A stretch of 64,000 nt of DNA, taken from positions 1 through 64,000 of the forward strand of contig CAXXWQ010000002.1 in the NCBI GenBank assembly GCA_963674945.2, read 5' to 3'. The first letter of the stretch is position 1, and each line of letters begins with the position of its first letter. A model generated the notes under the pieces. It saw only the letters and a list, made by a program, of their open reading frames with translations, did not search any database and had not been told where the DNA came from. The position numbers were made by a program, and so were the translations under genes. Source of the stretch: an uncultured Desulfosarcina sp. Its GTDB lineage: Bacteria; Desulfobacterota; Desulfobacteria; Desulfobacterales; Desulfosarcinaceae. Positions 30,616 through 42,300 of the stretch are shown here, piece after piece.

Positions 30616-31857
30616 CTAAGGTTGGTAACTTCTGAATATGAGACTGGCATTGGTGCCACCGAACCCGAAGGAGTTGGACAGGGCGAAACGAATTTTCGCT
30701 TTCCGAGCCGCATTGGGCACGTAATCGAGAGTGCATTCTTCTCCGGGGTTGTCCAAGTTGATTGTCGGTGGGATGACTCCGTTTTGTATGGCCAGGACGG
30801 TAAAGGCCCCTTCGATGCCGCCGGCGCCACCCAAAAGATGACCTGTCATAGATTTCGTTGAAGAGATGGGGACCGACGCTGCCTTGTCTCCCAGTACGGC
30901 TTTGATGGCCCTGGTTTCATACAGATCGTTCAATGGGGTGGAGGTGCCATGGGCATTGATGTAGTCGAGATCATTACCGGAAATGCCCGCGTCTTCGAGG
31001 GCGGCACGCATGCAGCGGATCATGCCATCCCCATCGGGAGAGGGAGAGGTCATGTGATAGCCGTCACCGCTTTGACCGTAGCCGACCATTTCCGCAAGTA
31101 TCGATGCGCCCCGCGCAAGGGCATGGTTCAGTTCTTCGAGAATCAATATCCCTGCACCCTCGCCCACCACGAATCCGTCACGATCGCGATCGAAGGGCCT
31201 TGATGCTTTCTGAGGCTCTTCATTGCGGGTCGACAGGGCTTTCATGGCGTTGAAGCCGGCAATGCAGCAAGGGGTAACGACCGACTCCACCCCTCCGGTG
31301 ATCATGGCATCCGCCTGGCCACGCACGATGGTGTTGTAGGCATCGCCGATGGCGTGGGCACCGGCGGCGCAGGCCGTCGCGACGGAGATGTTGGGTCCCT
31401 TTGCCCCAAGGTGGATGGAAATCATGCCCGGGGCCATGTTACCGATGAGCCGTGGAATGAAAAAGGGGCTGCATCGCTTCGGTCCTTTCTCACGAACCGT
31501 ATGGGCCGTTGTCTCCAGCATTGCGAGCCCCCCCAATCCACATCCGGTGATGACACCGATGCGGGGGCAATTTTTGTCATCAATGGTCAGTCGAGCGTTT
31601 TCCGTTGCCATTCGGGCGGCTGCCACCGCAAACGCGATGAACCTTTCCGTTCGCTTGGCATCCTTTATCGGAAGATAATCCTCTGCGACAAAACCTTTTA
31701 CTTCCCCTGCAATTTTTGTGGTGAACTCAGTGGTATCGAATTGTGTAATCTCTCCGATACCGGACCTTCCTTCCGAAAGGGCGGTCCAGGTTTCCTCGAC
31801 ACCGATACCCAAGGGGGTAACAAGTCCCAATCCGGTGATGACAACCCGTCTACTCAA
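30616..31857 (-). CDS. fabF: Beta-ketoacyl-ACP synthase II
   Basis: RRVVITGLG, TACAAG, NAHGTST, GHLLG, SNSFGFGG. Confidence 0.97.
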   Translation of the reverse strand: MSRRVVITGLGLVTPLGIGVEETWTALSEGRSGIGEITQFDTTEFTTKIAGEVKGFVAEDYLPIKDAKRTERFIAFAVAAARMATENARLTIDDKNCPRIGVITGCGLGGLAMLETTAHTVREKGPKRCSPFFIPRLIGNMAPGMISIHLGAKGPNISVATACAAGAHAIGDAYNTIVRGQADAMITGGVESVVTPCCIAGFNAMKALSTRNEEPQKASRPFDRDRDGFVVGEGAGILILEELNHALARGASILAEMVGYGQSGDGYHMTSPSPDGDGMIRCMRAALEDAGISGNDLDYINAHGTSTPLNDLYETRAIKAVLGDKAASVPISSTKSMTGHLLGGAGGIEGAFTVLAIQNGVIPPTINLDNPGEECTLDYVPNAARKAKIRFALSNSFGFGGTNASLIFRSYQP

Positions 31858-31901
31858 CGATCCATCCTTTTCTCGAGCGGTTAGCGGAAAACGCGCCTTG
31901 G

Positions 31902-32129
31902 TTATTGCTTCTTTATGTAGTCCAGTGCATCTTTTACGGTAGCCATCTTTTCTGCATCTTCGTCAGAGATGTCTACGTCGAATTCCTCTTCCATGGACAT
32001 GATCAATTCTACCAGGTCCAGGCTGTCTGCACCGAGATCATCGACGAATGAGGCTTCCGGAACGACTTCTGAAACATCAACACTAAGCTTTTCCGCGATG
32101 ATTTTTATTACTTTGTCCTCAACTGACAT
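31902..32129 (-). CDS. acpP: Acyl carrier protein
   Basis: [12 protein letters not shown] phosphopantetheine site. Confidence 0.97.
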   Translation of the reverse strand: MSVEDKVIKIIAEKLSVDVSEVVPEASFVDDLGADSLDLVELIMSMEEEFDVDISDEDAEKMATVKDALDYIKKQ

Positions 32130-32217
32130 GATGTTCTCCTTTCAAGGTTGATGATATCGATTCTTTTGTCTCCATTTTTGAAAGCGGGCAAATTCGCCAT
32201 TTCCGGTTAGATTCGAA

Positions 32218-32964
32218 TCACATGTACATTCCACCGTTTACATGAATTATCTGGCCGGTAATGTAGTCCGCGGCCGTTGATGCGAGAAAGGCAACGACGC
32301 CGGCAACGTCTCCCGGTGTGCCGATACGCCCCAATGGGATCTGACCGATCATGGCGGCTTTGGCCTTGTCGTTGACCTCGTCGGTCATATCCGTCTCGAT
32401 AAAACCGGGGGCAACGACGTTTGCCGTGATGTTCCGGCTGGCCAATTCTTTTGCGACAGCCTTGGTCAGGCCGATGATGCCCGCCTTGGAGGCCACGTAA
32501 TTGGCCTGCCCCGGATTGCCGGAAGCGCCCACCACCGATGAGATATTGATGATGCGGCCATATCGCTGTTTCATCATCGCCTTGGCGACACACTTCATGC
32601 AGTTGAAGGTCCCCTTCAGGTTGATGTCCAACACTGCATCCCAGTCGGCCTCTTTCATGCGGACCAGCAGGCCGTCCCGTGTGATCCCGGCATTGTTCAC
32701 CAGCACGTCGATCCGGCCGGCCTCCTTCAGGATCGTCCCCATGTAGTCGGAAACGGCCAATTCCGAGGCGACATCCACCTTGTGGTAATGTGCGCTGCCG
32801 CCTGCGGATTCGATGGCTTGCGCCGTCTCTTCGGCGGCATCCACGTTGCTGCTGAAATTAAAATAGACCTTCGTTCCCGGCGAGGCCAAGGCAATGCAGA
32901 TGGCTCTTCCGATACCTCTCGACCCGCCGGTCACAACGACGACGCGTTCGATTGCTTCGGTCAT
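32218..32964 (-). CDS. fabG: 3-oxoacyl-ACP reductase
   Basis: TGGSRGIG, NNAGITRD, YVASK, PGFIETDMT. Confidence 0.97.
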   Translation of the reverse strand: MTEAIERVVVVTGGSRGIGRAICIALASPGTKVYFNFSSNVDAAEETAQAIESAGGSAHYHKVDVASELAVSDYMGTILKEAGRIDVLVNNAGITRDGLLVRMKEADWDAVLDINLKGTFNCMKCVAKAMMKQRYGRIINISSVVGASGNPGQANYVASKAGIIGLTKAVAKELASRNITANVVAPGFIETDMTDEVNDKAKAAMIGQIPLGRIGTPGDVAGVVAFLASTAADYITGQIIHVNGGMYM

Positions 32965-34610
32965 GCTGTCCTCTTGAAGATATGGTCGGCAAGTTGATCC
33001 ATGTCGCTTACAAGACTGCGGTAGCTGCCTTCAAGTACCTGTAGATCAAGAGTTTGCAAGAATTGCTCTGCCGTTTCCCCTTCGATGCTTTCGTTGCCCA
33101 GGCCGATGATTCTGGCCTTCTCGGCGATCAATCCGGCACAGGTGTTGGCGAACACCCGCGATGCAGCCAAGGTGATGTCGTCACCCTTGTCTGCGGCCAG
33201 TCTTGCCATGGCATCACCCACCTCCACGTGGGCCATCATGTCGGCCAGCGCGAACATGACCTGTTGATGTCGGGTAAGCCGATTCTCATGGGCAAAATCG
33301 ATCGTCTGCCGCACGGCCCGTGCACAGGCGGCGAAAATTTTGCAGCCGGCCCGGTCGCAATCGCCGTGGAGGGCATCGAGGTGTTGGGCCATATTGTCGT
33401 AATAGGCACCCTTTGTTTTGCGGCTCTTCTTCCAGCGAAATGTGGAGATGATGCTTTGTTGAATTTCGCTGGTGCCTTCGTAAATACAGGTGATCTTGAC
33501 GTCCCGTTTGATCTTTTCGACCCCGAACTCGCAGATGTAGCCGTACCCGCCCAATGCCTGCATGGCGTCATCGGCGGCGCGGTTGGCCGCTTCCGTCGTG
33601 AAAAGCTTGGCGATGGATCCTTCCACCTGCAGGTCTTCGTTTTCACTGTCCAGGCGTCGGGCGACGGCTTCGATGTAAGCGGCAGCGGCCTGCAAGTTGA
33701 CCCAGTGGGGGACGATGAGCTTATTGGTGTACCCTTTCTTTTCCGAAAGGGGACTGCCGAACTGTACACGCTCCTTGGCGTAGGGGATGGCAATTTCCAG
33801 TGCGGCCTCTCCACCGCCCAGGGCCATGGCGGCCACCATGAGCCGTGTGTACCCGAACACCTGGTTGGCCTGCTTGAGCCCTTTCCCGGGGGTATCCCCG
33901 ATCATGTTCGCTACCGGAACGAAGACATTGTTCAAGGTCAATGGAGAAGTGTTGGAGGCCCGGATGCCGTGCTTTTCCTCTCCTTTGTGCTGCTCGAACC
34001 CCTCGGTCCCCTTCTCCACGACGAAAAAAGTGGGACCTTCGGGGGTGTTGGCCAATACGGTGACGAAGTCGGCATAGCCACCAGTGGAGATAAACTGTTT
34101 GGAGCCGTTGATCCGGTAGCCGGTGACATTTCCGGCATCGTCCGTCACCGGTTCGGCCTTCGTCTTCAGGGAGGCCAGGTTGCTGCCGGCTTCCGGTTCG
34201 GTTACCGCATAGGCCACCAGGCTGTTTCCCTCGGCCACGGCGCCGAGCCACTTGGTTTTCTGTTCCTCGGTGCCACCGACGATGATGGGGTCCGAGCCCA
34301 ACTGGATGGCAAAAAATGCCGTTCCCACACCCAGACAAATTTTGCTCATCTGTCGGGTTACTGCACAGCAATCCATGGCACCGCCACCCATCCCGCCATA
34401 TTCTTCAGGAATGAAGAGCAGCTGGAGCCCGATCTCCGGGCTGAGCATCTCCCGAATTGCGGCTTCGGGAAAGATTTCATCACGGTCCCATTCCAGGACG
34501 GCCTTTTTCGTGAGCAGGCGGCTGGACAACTGGCGGACGGTGTCGATGACCATCTCGCGTGTTTCTTCATCCAAGCCACCCTGGGGGCGATGGCTTCCGG
34601 TATCGGTCAT
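32961..34610 (-). CDS. Acyl-CoA dehydrogenase family protein with C-terminal extension
   Basis: PEEYGG, TEPEAGS, INGSKQFI, ERVQFG, GGYGY, IYEGTSEIQ; ATGA overlap with fabG. Confidence 0.93.
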   Translation of the reverse strand: MTDTGSHRPQGGLDEETREMVIDTVRQLSSRLLTKKAVLEWDRDEIFPEAAIREMLSPEIGLQLLFIPEEYGGMGGGAMDCCAVTRQMSKICLGVGTAFFAIQLGSDPIIVGGTEEQKTKWLGAVAEGNSLVAYAVTEPEAGSNLASLKTKAEPVTDDAGNVTGYRINGSKQFISTGGYADFVTVLANTPEGPTFFVVEKGTEGFEQHKGEEKHGIRASNTSPLTLNNVFVPVANMIGDTPGKGLKQANQVFGYTRLMVAAMALGGGEAALEIAIPYAKERVQFGSPLSEKKGYTNKLIVPHWVNLQAAAAYIEAVARRLDSENEDLQVEGSIAKLFTTEAANRAADDAMQALGGYGYICEFGVEKIKRDVKITCIYEGTSEIQQSIISTFRWKKSRKTKGAYYDNMAQHLDALHGDCDRAGCKIFAACARAVRQTIDFAHENRLTRHQQVMFALADMMAHVEVGDAMARLAADKGDDITLAASRVFANTCAGLIAEKARIIGLGNESIEGETAEQFLQTLDLQVLEGSYRSLVSDMDQLADHIFKRTA

Positions 34611-34636
34611 GTTTGCTTTTTCCTTTGGGTGGGGGA

Positions 34637-34816
34637 TCAGTCTTCCTCAGGGTTGACGTTCTTTCCTTTGTAATCACCACATTCCGGGCAGGCATGATGG
34701 GGAAGTTTGGCTTCGCCGCATTCCGGGCAGGTGCCAACGGTGGGGGCTTCGGTCTTTTTATGGGTGCGTCGTTTATCCCTTTTTGACTTGGATGTCTTGT
34801 GTTTTGGTACAGCCAT
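34637..34816 (-). CDS. rpmF: 50S ribosomal protein L32 (59 aa, absent from the ORF track)
   Basis: Translated by hand: [19 protein letters not shown]...[23 protein letters not shown]. Confidence 0.96.
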   Translation of the reverse strand: MAVPKHKTSKSKRDKRRTHKKTEAPTVGTCPECGEAKLPHHACPECGDYKGKNVNPEED

Positions 34817-35235
34817 GAGTAATCTCCTAACTATCTTAAATTCTTGTGTCTTTATGGATTCAACCCTGAACTCTGCGGGTTGCGCCTCTAGTAATTAAAA
34901 TGGTGGTGAATGTCAAGGACAATTGCAAAAAAAATCTTTTGTTTGTAGTCTTGTCCCCCTTATTCCGATGTGATAATGAGGTGGCCGGAAATGATTAATG
35001 TGGCATTGGCAGAATAAAATTATTTTAATAAAACATATGGTTATGTCGATATTTGATTCCATCCCGGCAATGGCAGCAGGCCATGGCGATTCCTCTGCCG
35101 GTTTTCGTCAATTGAACGCGACACGGACGGTGATCCGGCGAAAGGCCTTTTCATCGATGTCTTATTGTCTCCATCATAATTTCTAGGTGAGTTAAATAGT
35201 GCAACTCTTTACTACGACTTTACAAGGTAAATGAA

Positions 35236-36654
35236 ATGAAGACCATTATTACCCGATTTCCTCCGAGTCCAACGGGTTACCTGCATGTTGGCGGGGCACG
35301 GACCGCTTTGTTCAACTGGCTTTACGCCCGAAAAAATAAGGGAAAGTTTGTCTTGCGCATCGAAGATACGGATGCGGTACGTTCGACCCAGGCGTCGGTG
35401 GATGCCATCTTTGAGGCCATGGCGTGGCTGGGACTCGATTGGGACGAGGGGCCCTATTTCCAGACCCGGCGATTTGACATTTATCGGGAGTATCTTCAGC
35501 GGCTTCTGGATTCCGGGAATGCCTACCACTGTACGTGCTCACCGGAGGAAGTGGCGGAGATGCGAAAAAATGCCATGGCCATAGGCGCAAAGCCAAAATA
35601 TGATGGCCGCTGCCGAGAGCGCGGGCTCGGCAAAACCGAAGGTGCCGTGATTCGGTTCAAGGCACCCATGACCGGAACCACGGTGGTCGAGGACGCCATC
35701 AAGGGGAACATCGTTTTCCAGAATGCCGAGCAGGATGATTTCGTGATTTGCCGTAGCGACGGTACGCCGACCTACAACTTCGTGGTGGTCGTGGACGACA
35801 TTACCATGGGAATCAACACGATCATTCGGGGCGACGACCATGTCATGAACACGCCGAAACAGATTCTTCTCTACAGGGCCTTGAAAGCGCCACTTCCCCT
35901 GTTCGGTCATGTGCCCATGGTGTTGGGCAGGGACAAGACGAGGCTGTCCAAACGTCACGGGGCCATGTCGGTGACGGCATACCGGGACATGGGATTTTTG
36001 CCAGATGCCTTCATCAATTATCTGGTTCGTCTGGGATGGTCCCACGGCGATCAGGAATTTTTCACCCGCCAGGAGCTGGTGGAAAAGTTCAATCTGGAGA
36101 ACATCGGAAAATCGGCAAGCGTCTTCGATACGGACAAGCTCATCGCCCTCAATGCGGACCACATCCGGGCCACTGCCGTGGGGGATCTTGCCCCCCTTGC
36201 ACTGCCTTTCTTCCAGGCCAGGGGATATGACGCCAGCCGTGGCGATTATCTCGAAGGTGTCATCGGCACCCTGCATACCCGCAGCAAAACCCTGGTGGAA
36301 ATGGCCGAAGGGGCCCATTTCTTTTACCGCGACAATGTAACACCCTATGATAAGAAGGCTGCGGAAAAGTACTTTACGCCTTCAACGGCCGCGGTCCTTT
36401 CCATGCTGGCAGAAAGGCTGGATGCCCTGGCGGACTTGACGCAAAAAAGTCAGGAGGGCGCATTTAAAGCGGTGATGGAAAAGACCGGACTGGGCTTCGG
36501 AAAGATCGCCCAGCCGGTGCGTTTGGCCTTGACCGGTACCATCGTGAGCCCCGGTATTTTCGAGGTCATCGAGGTGCTGGGCAAGGATCGGGTGTTGACG
36601 CGGCTCACGGCGGCGGTGGAATTTATTAAAAGTGGTGCACATACCGAACGTTGA
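35236..36654 (+). CDS. gltX: Glutamate--tRNA ligase
   Basis: RFPPSPTGYLHVGG, LRIEDTD, IRGDDH, LSKRH. Confidence 0.97.
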   Translation: MKTIITRFPPSPTGYLHVGGARTALFNWLYARKNKGKFVLRIEDTDAVRSTQASVDAIFEAMAWLGLDWDEGPYFQTRRFDIYREYLQRLLDSGNAYHCTCSPEEVAEMRKNAMAIGAKPKYDGRCRERGLGKTEGAVIRFKAPMTGTTVVEDAIKGNIVFQNAEQDDFVICRSDGTPTYNFVVVVDDITMGINTIIRGDDHVMNTPKQILLYRALKAPLPLFGHVPMVLGRDKTRLSKRHGAMSVTAYRDMGFLPDAFINYLVRLGWSHGDQEFFTRQELVEKFNLENIGKSASVFDTDKLIALNADHIRATAVGDLAPLALPFFQARGYDASRGDYLEGVIGTLHTRSKTLVEMAEGAHFFYRDNVTPYDKKAAEKYFTPSTAAVLSMLAERLDALADLTQKSQEGAFKAVMEKTGLGFGKIAQPVRLALTGTIVSPGIFEVIEVLGKDRVLTRLTAAVEFIKSGAHTER

Positions 36655-37591
36655 ACCGTGATCCCTCCGGCCGGTTTTCGGCATCCGTTTCAAAGTAGAG
36701 ATTGAAGAAGAGATGGCTTCCCTTTGAAAAGCTCAGCACTGCCCCGGGGCCGATGGCAAAGACGCTCTCCTTGCTGTCGTCGATGCTGTTGCCGTCCACC
36801 TCGGAGTCGGTGATCTGTTTGAGGTAATAGCCATTGACACCGAGTCGCAGCATGGGGGAGATGACCTCGTAGGCGGAGGCGAAGTTGAGGTGAATGGCCT
36901 GGCCCGCCTGGGAGTCCGATGCACCCCCATACAGCAACCGATTGGGTTCATCGTTTTCCGCGTTCCACAGGTAGTGAACCCGCAAGGACGCCGTCCATTG
37001 GGGCATGATGAAGAGCGTTCCGGACCAGTAAGGGTTGAAGGAAAAGACGTTGCTGCCCGGGTTGAGCTCTTTGTCCGCATTGTACTTGCCGGTGGGCAGC
37101 AGCATCTGAAATTCGATGCGATGCATAAAAATTGGTCCATTTTTGCCCATGATGGGATCCCACTGCAGATACGGTCCCACCAGGATGTCGCCGAACCCGG
37201 CGTTGTTGGCATCGGGAAAAAAGGGATTGTTGATGTCGTATTCCAGGTTGGCCGAAACGTAGGGAACGATGAGATCCATTCCCCACTTGGCGCCCAAGAG
37301 CAGGGTCTGGTCGGATTGATAGAGCAGCTGGGTCAGGCTGACCCAGGCCTCCAATTCGGTACCGGGGAGGTTCATGTCATTGCCGTCGGCATCATTGAGC
37401 TGGTCCGCCGTGATATATTGGACATATTGGGTAAAATAGAATCCCGGGCCGGCCGGTGGTGCACCATCCAGAAATGTTGTGAAACCCAAATTGAGTCCCA
37501 AGGGCAGATCATAGGAAAATGCACCGTTTACGAGTACCAGCGACAATAATACGAAAGACAGCACGGAACGTACAACTCGGCGTTTGAACAT
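36626..37591 (-). CDS. Outer-membrane channel, phenol-degradation MetA-pathway/SphA-like family
   Basis: Signal peptide; PAGPGFY, GFGDI, LPTGKY, GYYLKQITD, AIGPG; terminal Phe; 3' end overlaps gltX. Confidence 0.85.
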   Translation of the reverse strand: MFKRRVVRSVLSFVLLSLVLVNGAFSYDLPLGLNLGFTTFLDGAPPAGPGFYFTQYVQYITADQLNDADGNDMNLPGTELEAWVSLTQLLYQSDQTLLLGAKWGMDLIVPYVSANLEYDINNPFFPDANNAGFGDILVGPYLQWDPIMGKNGPIFMHRIEFQMLLPTGKYNADKELNPGSNVFSFNPYWSGTLFIMPQWTASLRVHYLWNAENDEPNRLLYGGASDSQAGQAIHLNFASAYEVISPMLRLGVNGYYLKQITDSEVDGNSIDDSKESVFAIGPGAVLSFSKGSHLFFNLYFETDAENRPEGSRFNVRYVHHF

Positions 37592-37881
37592 GGCTTCTCC
37601 TTGCGCAATTGCATTGTGAAACAGCTTCGTCATCGTTTAATGGACTTATTCGCGGTGTTTGCTTGTTTTTGCATCGGGGGTATTCTTCTCTCGCCATCAA
37701 AACGGATGGCACGGTCGCTTGTTTCTGTTGAAAGATACATACCGCCACGAAAAAATCAATAGCAACTATTGTTTCGAAGAAAAATCCCTTTTTCGGGAAG
37801 ATGCCGCCGTTGGGCGGCGCTTTCCAATTTGGTCTTGACTCCTTCCGCATTTTTAATGTAAACCGGCACCATCTTTACTGC

Positions 37882-37955
37882 TGGGGGATCGTCTAATGGT
37901 AGGACAGCGGACTCTGACTCCGTCAATCAAGGTTCGAATCCTTGTCCCTCAGCCA
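37882..37955 (+). tRNA. tRNA-Gln (anticodon CUG)
   Basis: Acceptor TGGGGGA/TCCCTCA, anticodon arm GCGGA-CTCTGAC-TCCGT, T-loop GGTTCGAATCC, encoded CCA. Confidence 0.97.
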
Positions 37956-37965
37956 AATAAAAAAA

Positions 37966-37999
37966 AAGGGGTTACAGATTGTTGAATCTGTAACCCCTT
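37966..37999. terminator. Intrinsic terminator-like hairpin after the tRNA
   Basis: AAGGGGTTACAGATT-GTTG-AATCTGTAACCCCTT. Confidence 0.8.
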
Positions 38000-38569
38000 C
38001 GGTTTTTATGCCCCGTGTAAGCACTATGTAAGCAAATTTGATCAATTCGAATGGACCGGTTTTGGCTATGATTACGCAAAAGGAAGCCGGACCATCGGGG
38101 AGTGATGGCCCGGCCGGATGAAGATGAAGCACAGGAAGTTTGCGAACTATTCTATGGCCGATTTGTTATGGTTTTATTAGACCGCTGCCGGGGAAGCCGG
38201 ATGTTCGACGCACCCACTTATCACGGGTATTTAGAGAATCAATTTGATCTGACACAATTTCAACCGATTATAGCTTTATATGATCTTAGTCTGGTCTGAT
38301 CGGTTAGGCCTGCATTGTTCGGCATCTGTGTTGATTATTACATGGGCAATCTCATTCATTGGGTTTGCCCATTTTTAATTCAAGTGCCGTCTCCCTCGGT
38401 CGATACAATCATTGTGGGAGGTGGTCTCCCACTTTCAAAAAACGTTTTAGATAAGGCCCTGAAATCTTATTGGGGCCTTATCTATTTTTGGAGGGTCGGT
38501 AAAGAAACGACCGCCAGTTGCCAAGGTTGTCAGGGCTTCAATGACATCGGGAAAAGGTGGGGAGCGGGG

Positions 38570-38827
38570 TTATCCTTCATCGTTGGCTGATCCATCATAA
38601 ACCACCTCGCCGTTTTCCTTGGAAATGATGATGGCACGAGAGATTTGCGGGCCGGCTCCCATACTTGGCGCCTGGGTATACCAACATTCCTCACTAACCG
38701 CCGGCGCAACATAGATGTTCCAATTTTCCGGCTTCAATTCATAAATTTCGAACGATTCTATTGGTGGGGCGCATTGCTTTTGGGCGATCCTGAGGGCTTC
38801 GTCTTTGCCGATGGGAGTCTTTTTCAT
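38570..38827 (-). CDS. Small hypothetical protein
   Basis: RBS GAGGA; acidic C-terminus SRAIIISKENGEVVYDGSANDEG. Confidence 0.6.
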   Translation of the reverse strand: MKKTPIGKDEALRIAQKQCAPPIESFEIYELKPENWNIYVAPAVSEECWYTQAPSMGAGPQISRAIIISKENGEVVYDGSANDEG

Positions 38828-38844
38828 CGCTTCTTCCTCAGCAT

Positions 38845-39369
38845 GTGTTTTGTTCATCATACATGCCATCCTTGACTGTAACTCTTGCCGTTGCAGATGA
38901 CCTGTATCTGGAAGGGGCTCTCACCAGCGACACATACGCTTCCATGGGTAATATCATCACCCAAAACAGCTGCACGGTGGACGATGGTGTGGCTGTGACA
39001 TTGGAGACGGAGGCGACTGTCAAACTGAGGCCGACCACCGCGATCAAATCCGGAGGCACGCTCACTGTCGTCACTCTCGACGACGGCCTTCCCAACGACT
39101 GGGAGCTTCAGTATTTTCCTGACCTATCGCAAGGGCCGACCGATGATTATGACGGTGACGGGTTAAACAACCTGGCTGAATACAATCTTGGCCTGGACCC
39201 CTCCGACGGCGTCATGGACTCCGATGGCGATGGCATTCCCGACTGGTGGGAAGTCATTAACTTAGGCGGTGACCTGTCGCACGAAAATGATACTTTGAAT
39301 CCAGGCGATTATTATATTTACGATGCAAGAGGAAGGATGACCCATTTTATCAAGGTACAACCAAGATGA
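38845..39369 (+). CDS. Rhs-associated protein, probably 5'-truncated, with Ca-binding DxDGDG repeats and one terminal YD repeat
   Basis: DDGLPNDWE, DYDGDGLNNLAEY, DSDGDGIPDWWE, YIYDARGRM. Confidence 0.65.
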   Translation: MFCSSYMPSLTVTLAVADDLYLEGALTSDTYASMGNIITQNSCTVDDGVAVTLETEATVKLRPTTAIKSGGTLTVVTLDDGLPNDWELQYFPDLSQGPTDDYDGDGLNNLAEYNLGLDPSDGVMDSDGDGIPDWWEVINLGGDLSHENDTLNPGDYYIYDARGRMTHFIKVQPR

Positions 39370-42300
39370 TCGATATCTCTTCCTCACTTAATTCATCATT
39401 TATCTGGTCTTTCAACTGTGAAATTACATACGGATTCAACCCCATTAATGCTAAACTTCCATTTTCCATTCAAGCATAAGCAGAGCAATAAGGGAGAGAA
39501 TGATGAGGCGAATTTCTGCTTTTTTGAACAATGTTTTTCACTTTAAGGCGAAATTGATGTCGGTTAAATCAATTGCCATAACCATATCCGTTATCCTATT
39601 TGGATTTCACTTCACTTTGTTTTTCAGCCAAGATGTCTTTGGGTCTGCTCTAAGCCCTAATTGTGGTTCTTTTCACGATGCTCAATGGACTGCCGGAAGT
39701 ATAAATTATATTGGTCATGTAATGGGAGTTTACGATACCTACGATGAAGCTGAAGCTGCAATTCTGTCAAACCATCTGACAGACCCTATTAGCTATGTTC
39801 TCGACTCTACTTACCTACCTTATATGTACTCGGGACCTGTCGAGCCACCTGATATCTCCGCTATCTGCCACGTGGATAGTACATTTAATTCAGAAACACA
39901 AATGTTTGACGACGTCCTGTACGCTTATTTTATACTGTCAGCCTTTGATTGCTGCGATGGAAACGATTTCGACGGAGATGGCGTAGGCGACTGTACAGAC
40001 AATTGTATAGAGGCGTCAAACCCAGACCAACTGGATCACGATGGTGACGGTGTGGGCGATGCCTGCGACTGGGAGACCGAACTTTACTTGGGATATGAAA
40101 TCTATCCCCCCCATACGATCTGCCCGATCAATGAAAAAAAAGGTGACCCGATAAACATTTTAAGCGGCAACTTGGTGGAAAGAGAGAGGGATATCTCACT
40201 CCCATCACCCTTTCATAATGGTTTGGTTTTCAAACGATTCTATAACAGCCAGTCCACTTCGAGCGGAGCCCTCGGATACGGATGGTCTCATAGTTTCAGT
40301 GCCGTACTGACCACTAACTACTCCGATTCCAGTATGATTAAAATCAAAGATGAATCCGGACGAGGCTTGTTTTTTTCAACAACAGACAATATCAACTTCA
40401 TTGGTCTTTACAATGAAAAGAGTTCAGTCGTGTTGGAAAATAACGAATATGTGTGGAAGCGTAACGACAGCCTGCTTTATTTCTTTGATGAGTACGGCGT
40501 TTTGATAAGAATTGAGGATCGAAATGGCAACCAGCTATCACTCTCATATAATAGCTACAACCGCTTGGAAACGATTCTTGATCAATCCAGCAACCGTAGC
40601 CTGACATTTTATTATAATGCGAATAACAATCTTGACCATATTGTCGGGCCAGTCACCCAAAGCATTCCCAATGGCATCTGGGTTTCTTTTGGATACGACA
40701 CCAATAACAATTTGGATTCAGTCACTTATGCTGATGGGTCTGGATTTGATTATAAGTATGAGGATCCAAACGATGATCACAATCTGACCCAAAAAAGTGA
40801 TAAGCAGTCAAACACTTTAGCAACATGGTTCTATGGATACAATGACAAAGCTTATAAGAACATAAACAGAGAAGGAACAGGAGTCACCATCCTTTTCGTG
40901 AGTGAAACTCAGGTAGATGTAACGGACGCTTACGATTTTACCCGCTCGTACACGATTGATTCGTCAATTGATGCCCGCAAACGTATTATCCAGGCTCAGG
41001 GAACGGTTGGATGTTCAACCTGCAATGAAGATGTAGTTCGGATTGACTATGATACCAGCGGCAGAATTATGGAAAAAGAGTACGCCAATGGAAGAATTGA
41101 TAGTTTTGAAGACTATGACAGCCAGGATAATGCAACGACCGTGAGGCTTGCTTCTGGGGCTGTTGATGAACGTGTTATCCATTTCACCTACGATGAAACA
41201 AGCTTTCCATACTTGAGACTGCTGCTTAGCCGTACTGAAATCAGCACGTTGGATACGGGTGACGGATCTCGCCTGAAAGAAACCATCTGGGATTATGACG
41301 ATGACGGCAATACAATTCCAAATGAAAATCCCACGCCACGATTGAGCCGGTTAATCGAAAAGGGGTTTACCTATGATGAAAATGGGGAAGTCATTGCCTA
41401 TGAATATGTAACAGCATATTATTACAATCCAGAAGGGCAAATTGAAAGTGTCGATGGACCGCTTTCTGGTGCGGATGACACAACAGCGTTTACATATTAT
41501 CCACTGACAGGCGACCTGGAAACCATTACCCGACCGATAGTAGGAACAACAACATTTGGAGGCTACGATGCCGCCGGCAATCCCGGTAACGTTGTCGACC
41601 GGAACAATGTGCTAACGACCTTTGATCAATATGACGGTCGCAACCGATTGCTGGGTTGGACCACCAATGGTATCCCTCAATCCAGAAGCTACGACATTTC
41701 GGGAAATATCGTCACCGAAACCGACGGTGCGCAAAGATCGATTGGATTTGGCTATTATGACTCTACACATGGCGTCCTTAAAAATGGTTTGCTCAAAACC
41801 ATCACAGACGGTCGTAGCAATTACCAGCAATACAACTACGATGACCAGGGAAATATAAACGATGTATCTTTTCATAGGTCCACAGGTGAACGGAAGTTTT
41901 GGCAACGCTTTGATTACCAGTCACCGGACAGTCCGGGAAAACTTTGGAAAATCATCCGGAGAAACTATGAGGATACCTCGGATTTGGAGACTATTTACGG
42001 TTATGATGCCGCAGGCAACACAGACAGTATAACCGATGCTCTGCTCAATGAGAGCACCATCCTTTATGATGCCTTTAACAGGCCGTTTACGATAAATCAG
42101 CCGGAAAACCAAGTTATTATTTATGGTTACGACAGGCATGGCAACCTTTATTCGGTGAAAGATGCGAAAGAACTGGAAACAATATTCGTTTTTGATGATA
42201 TGAGCCGCATGGTTAAGCGGAATTCCCCTGATACCGGGACAACCCGATATGCCTACAATGAGGTTGGCGCCATTGAAACCATGGTAAAAAATAGCGGTAT

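Noticed and set aside
33054..34673. 539-aa plus-strand ORF
   Set aside because: Antisense shadow of the acyl-CoA dehydrogenase; no motifs
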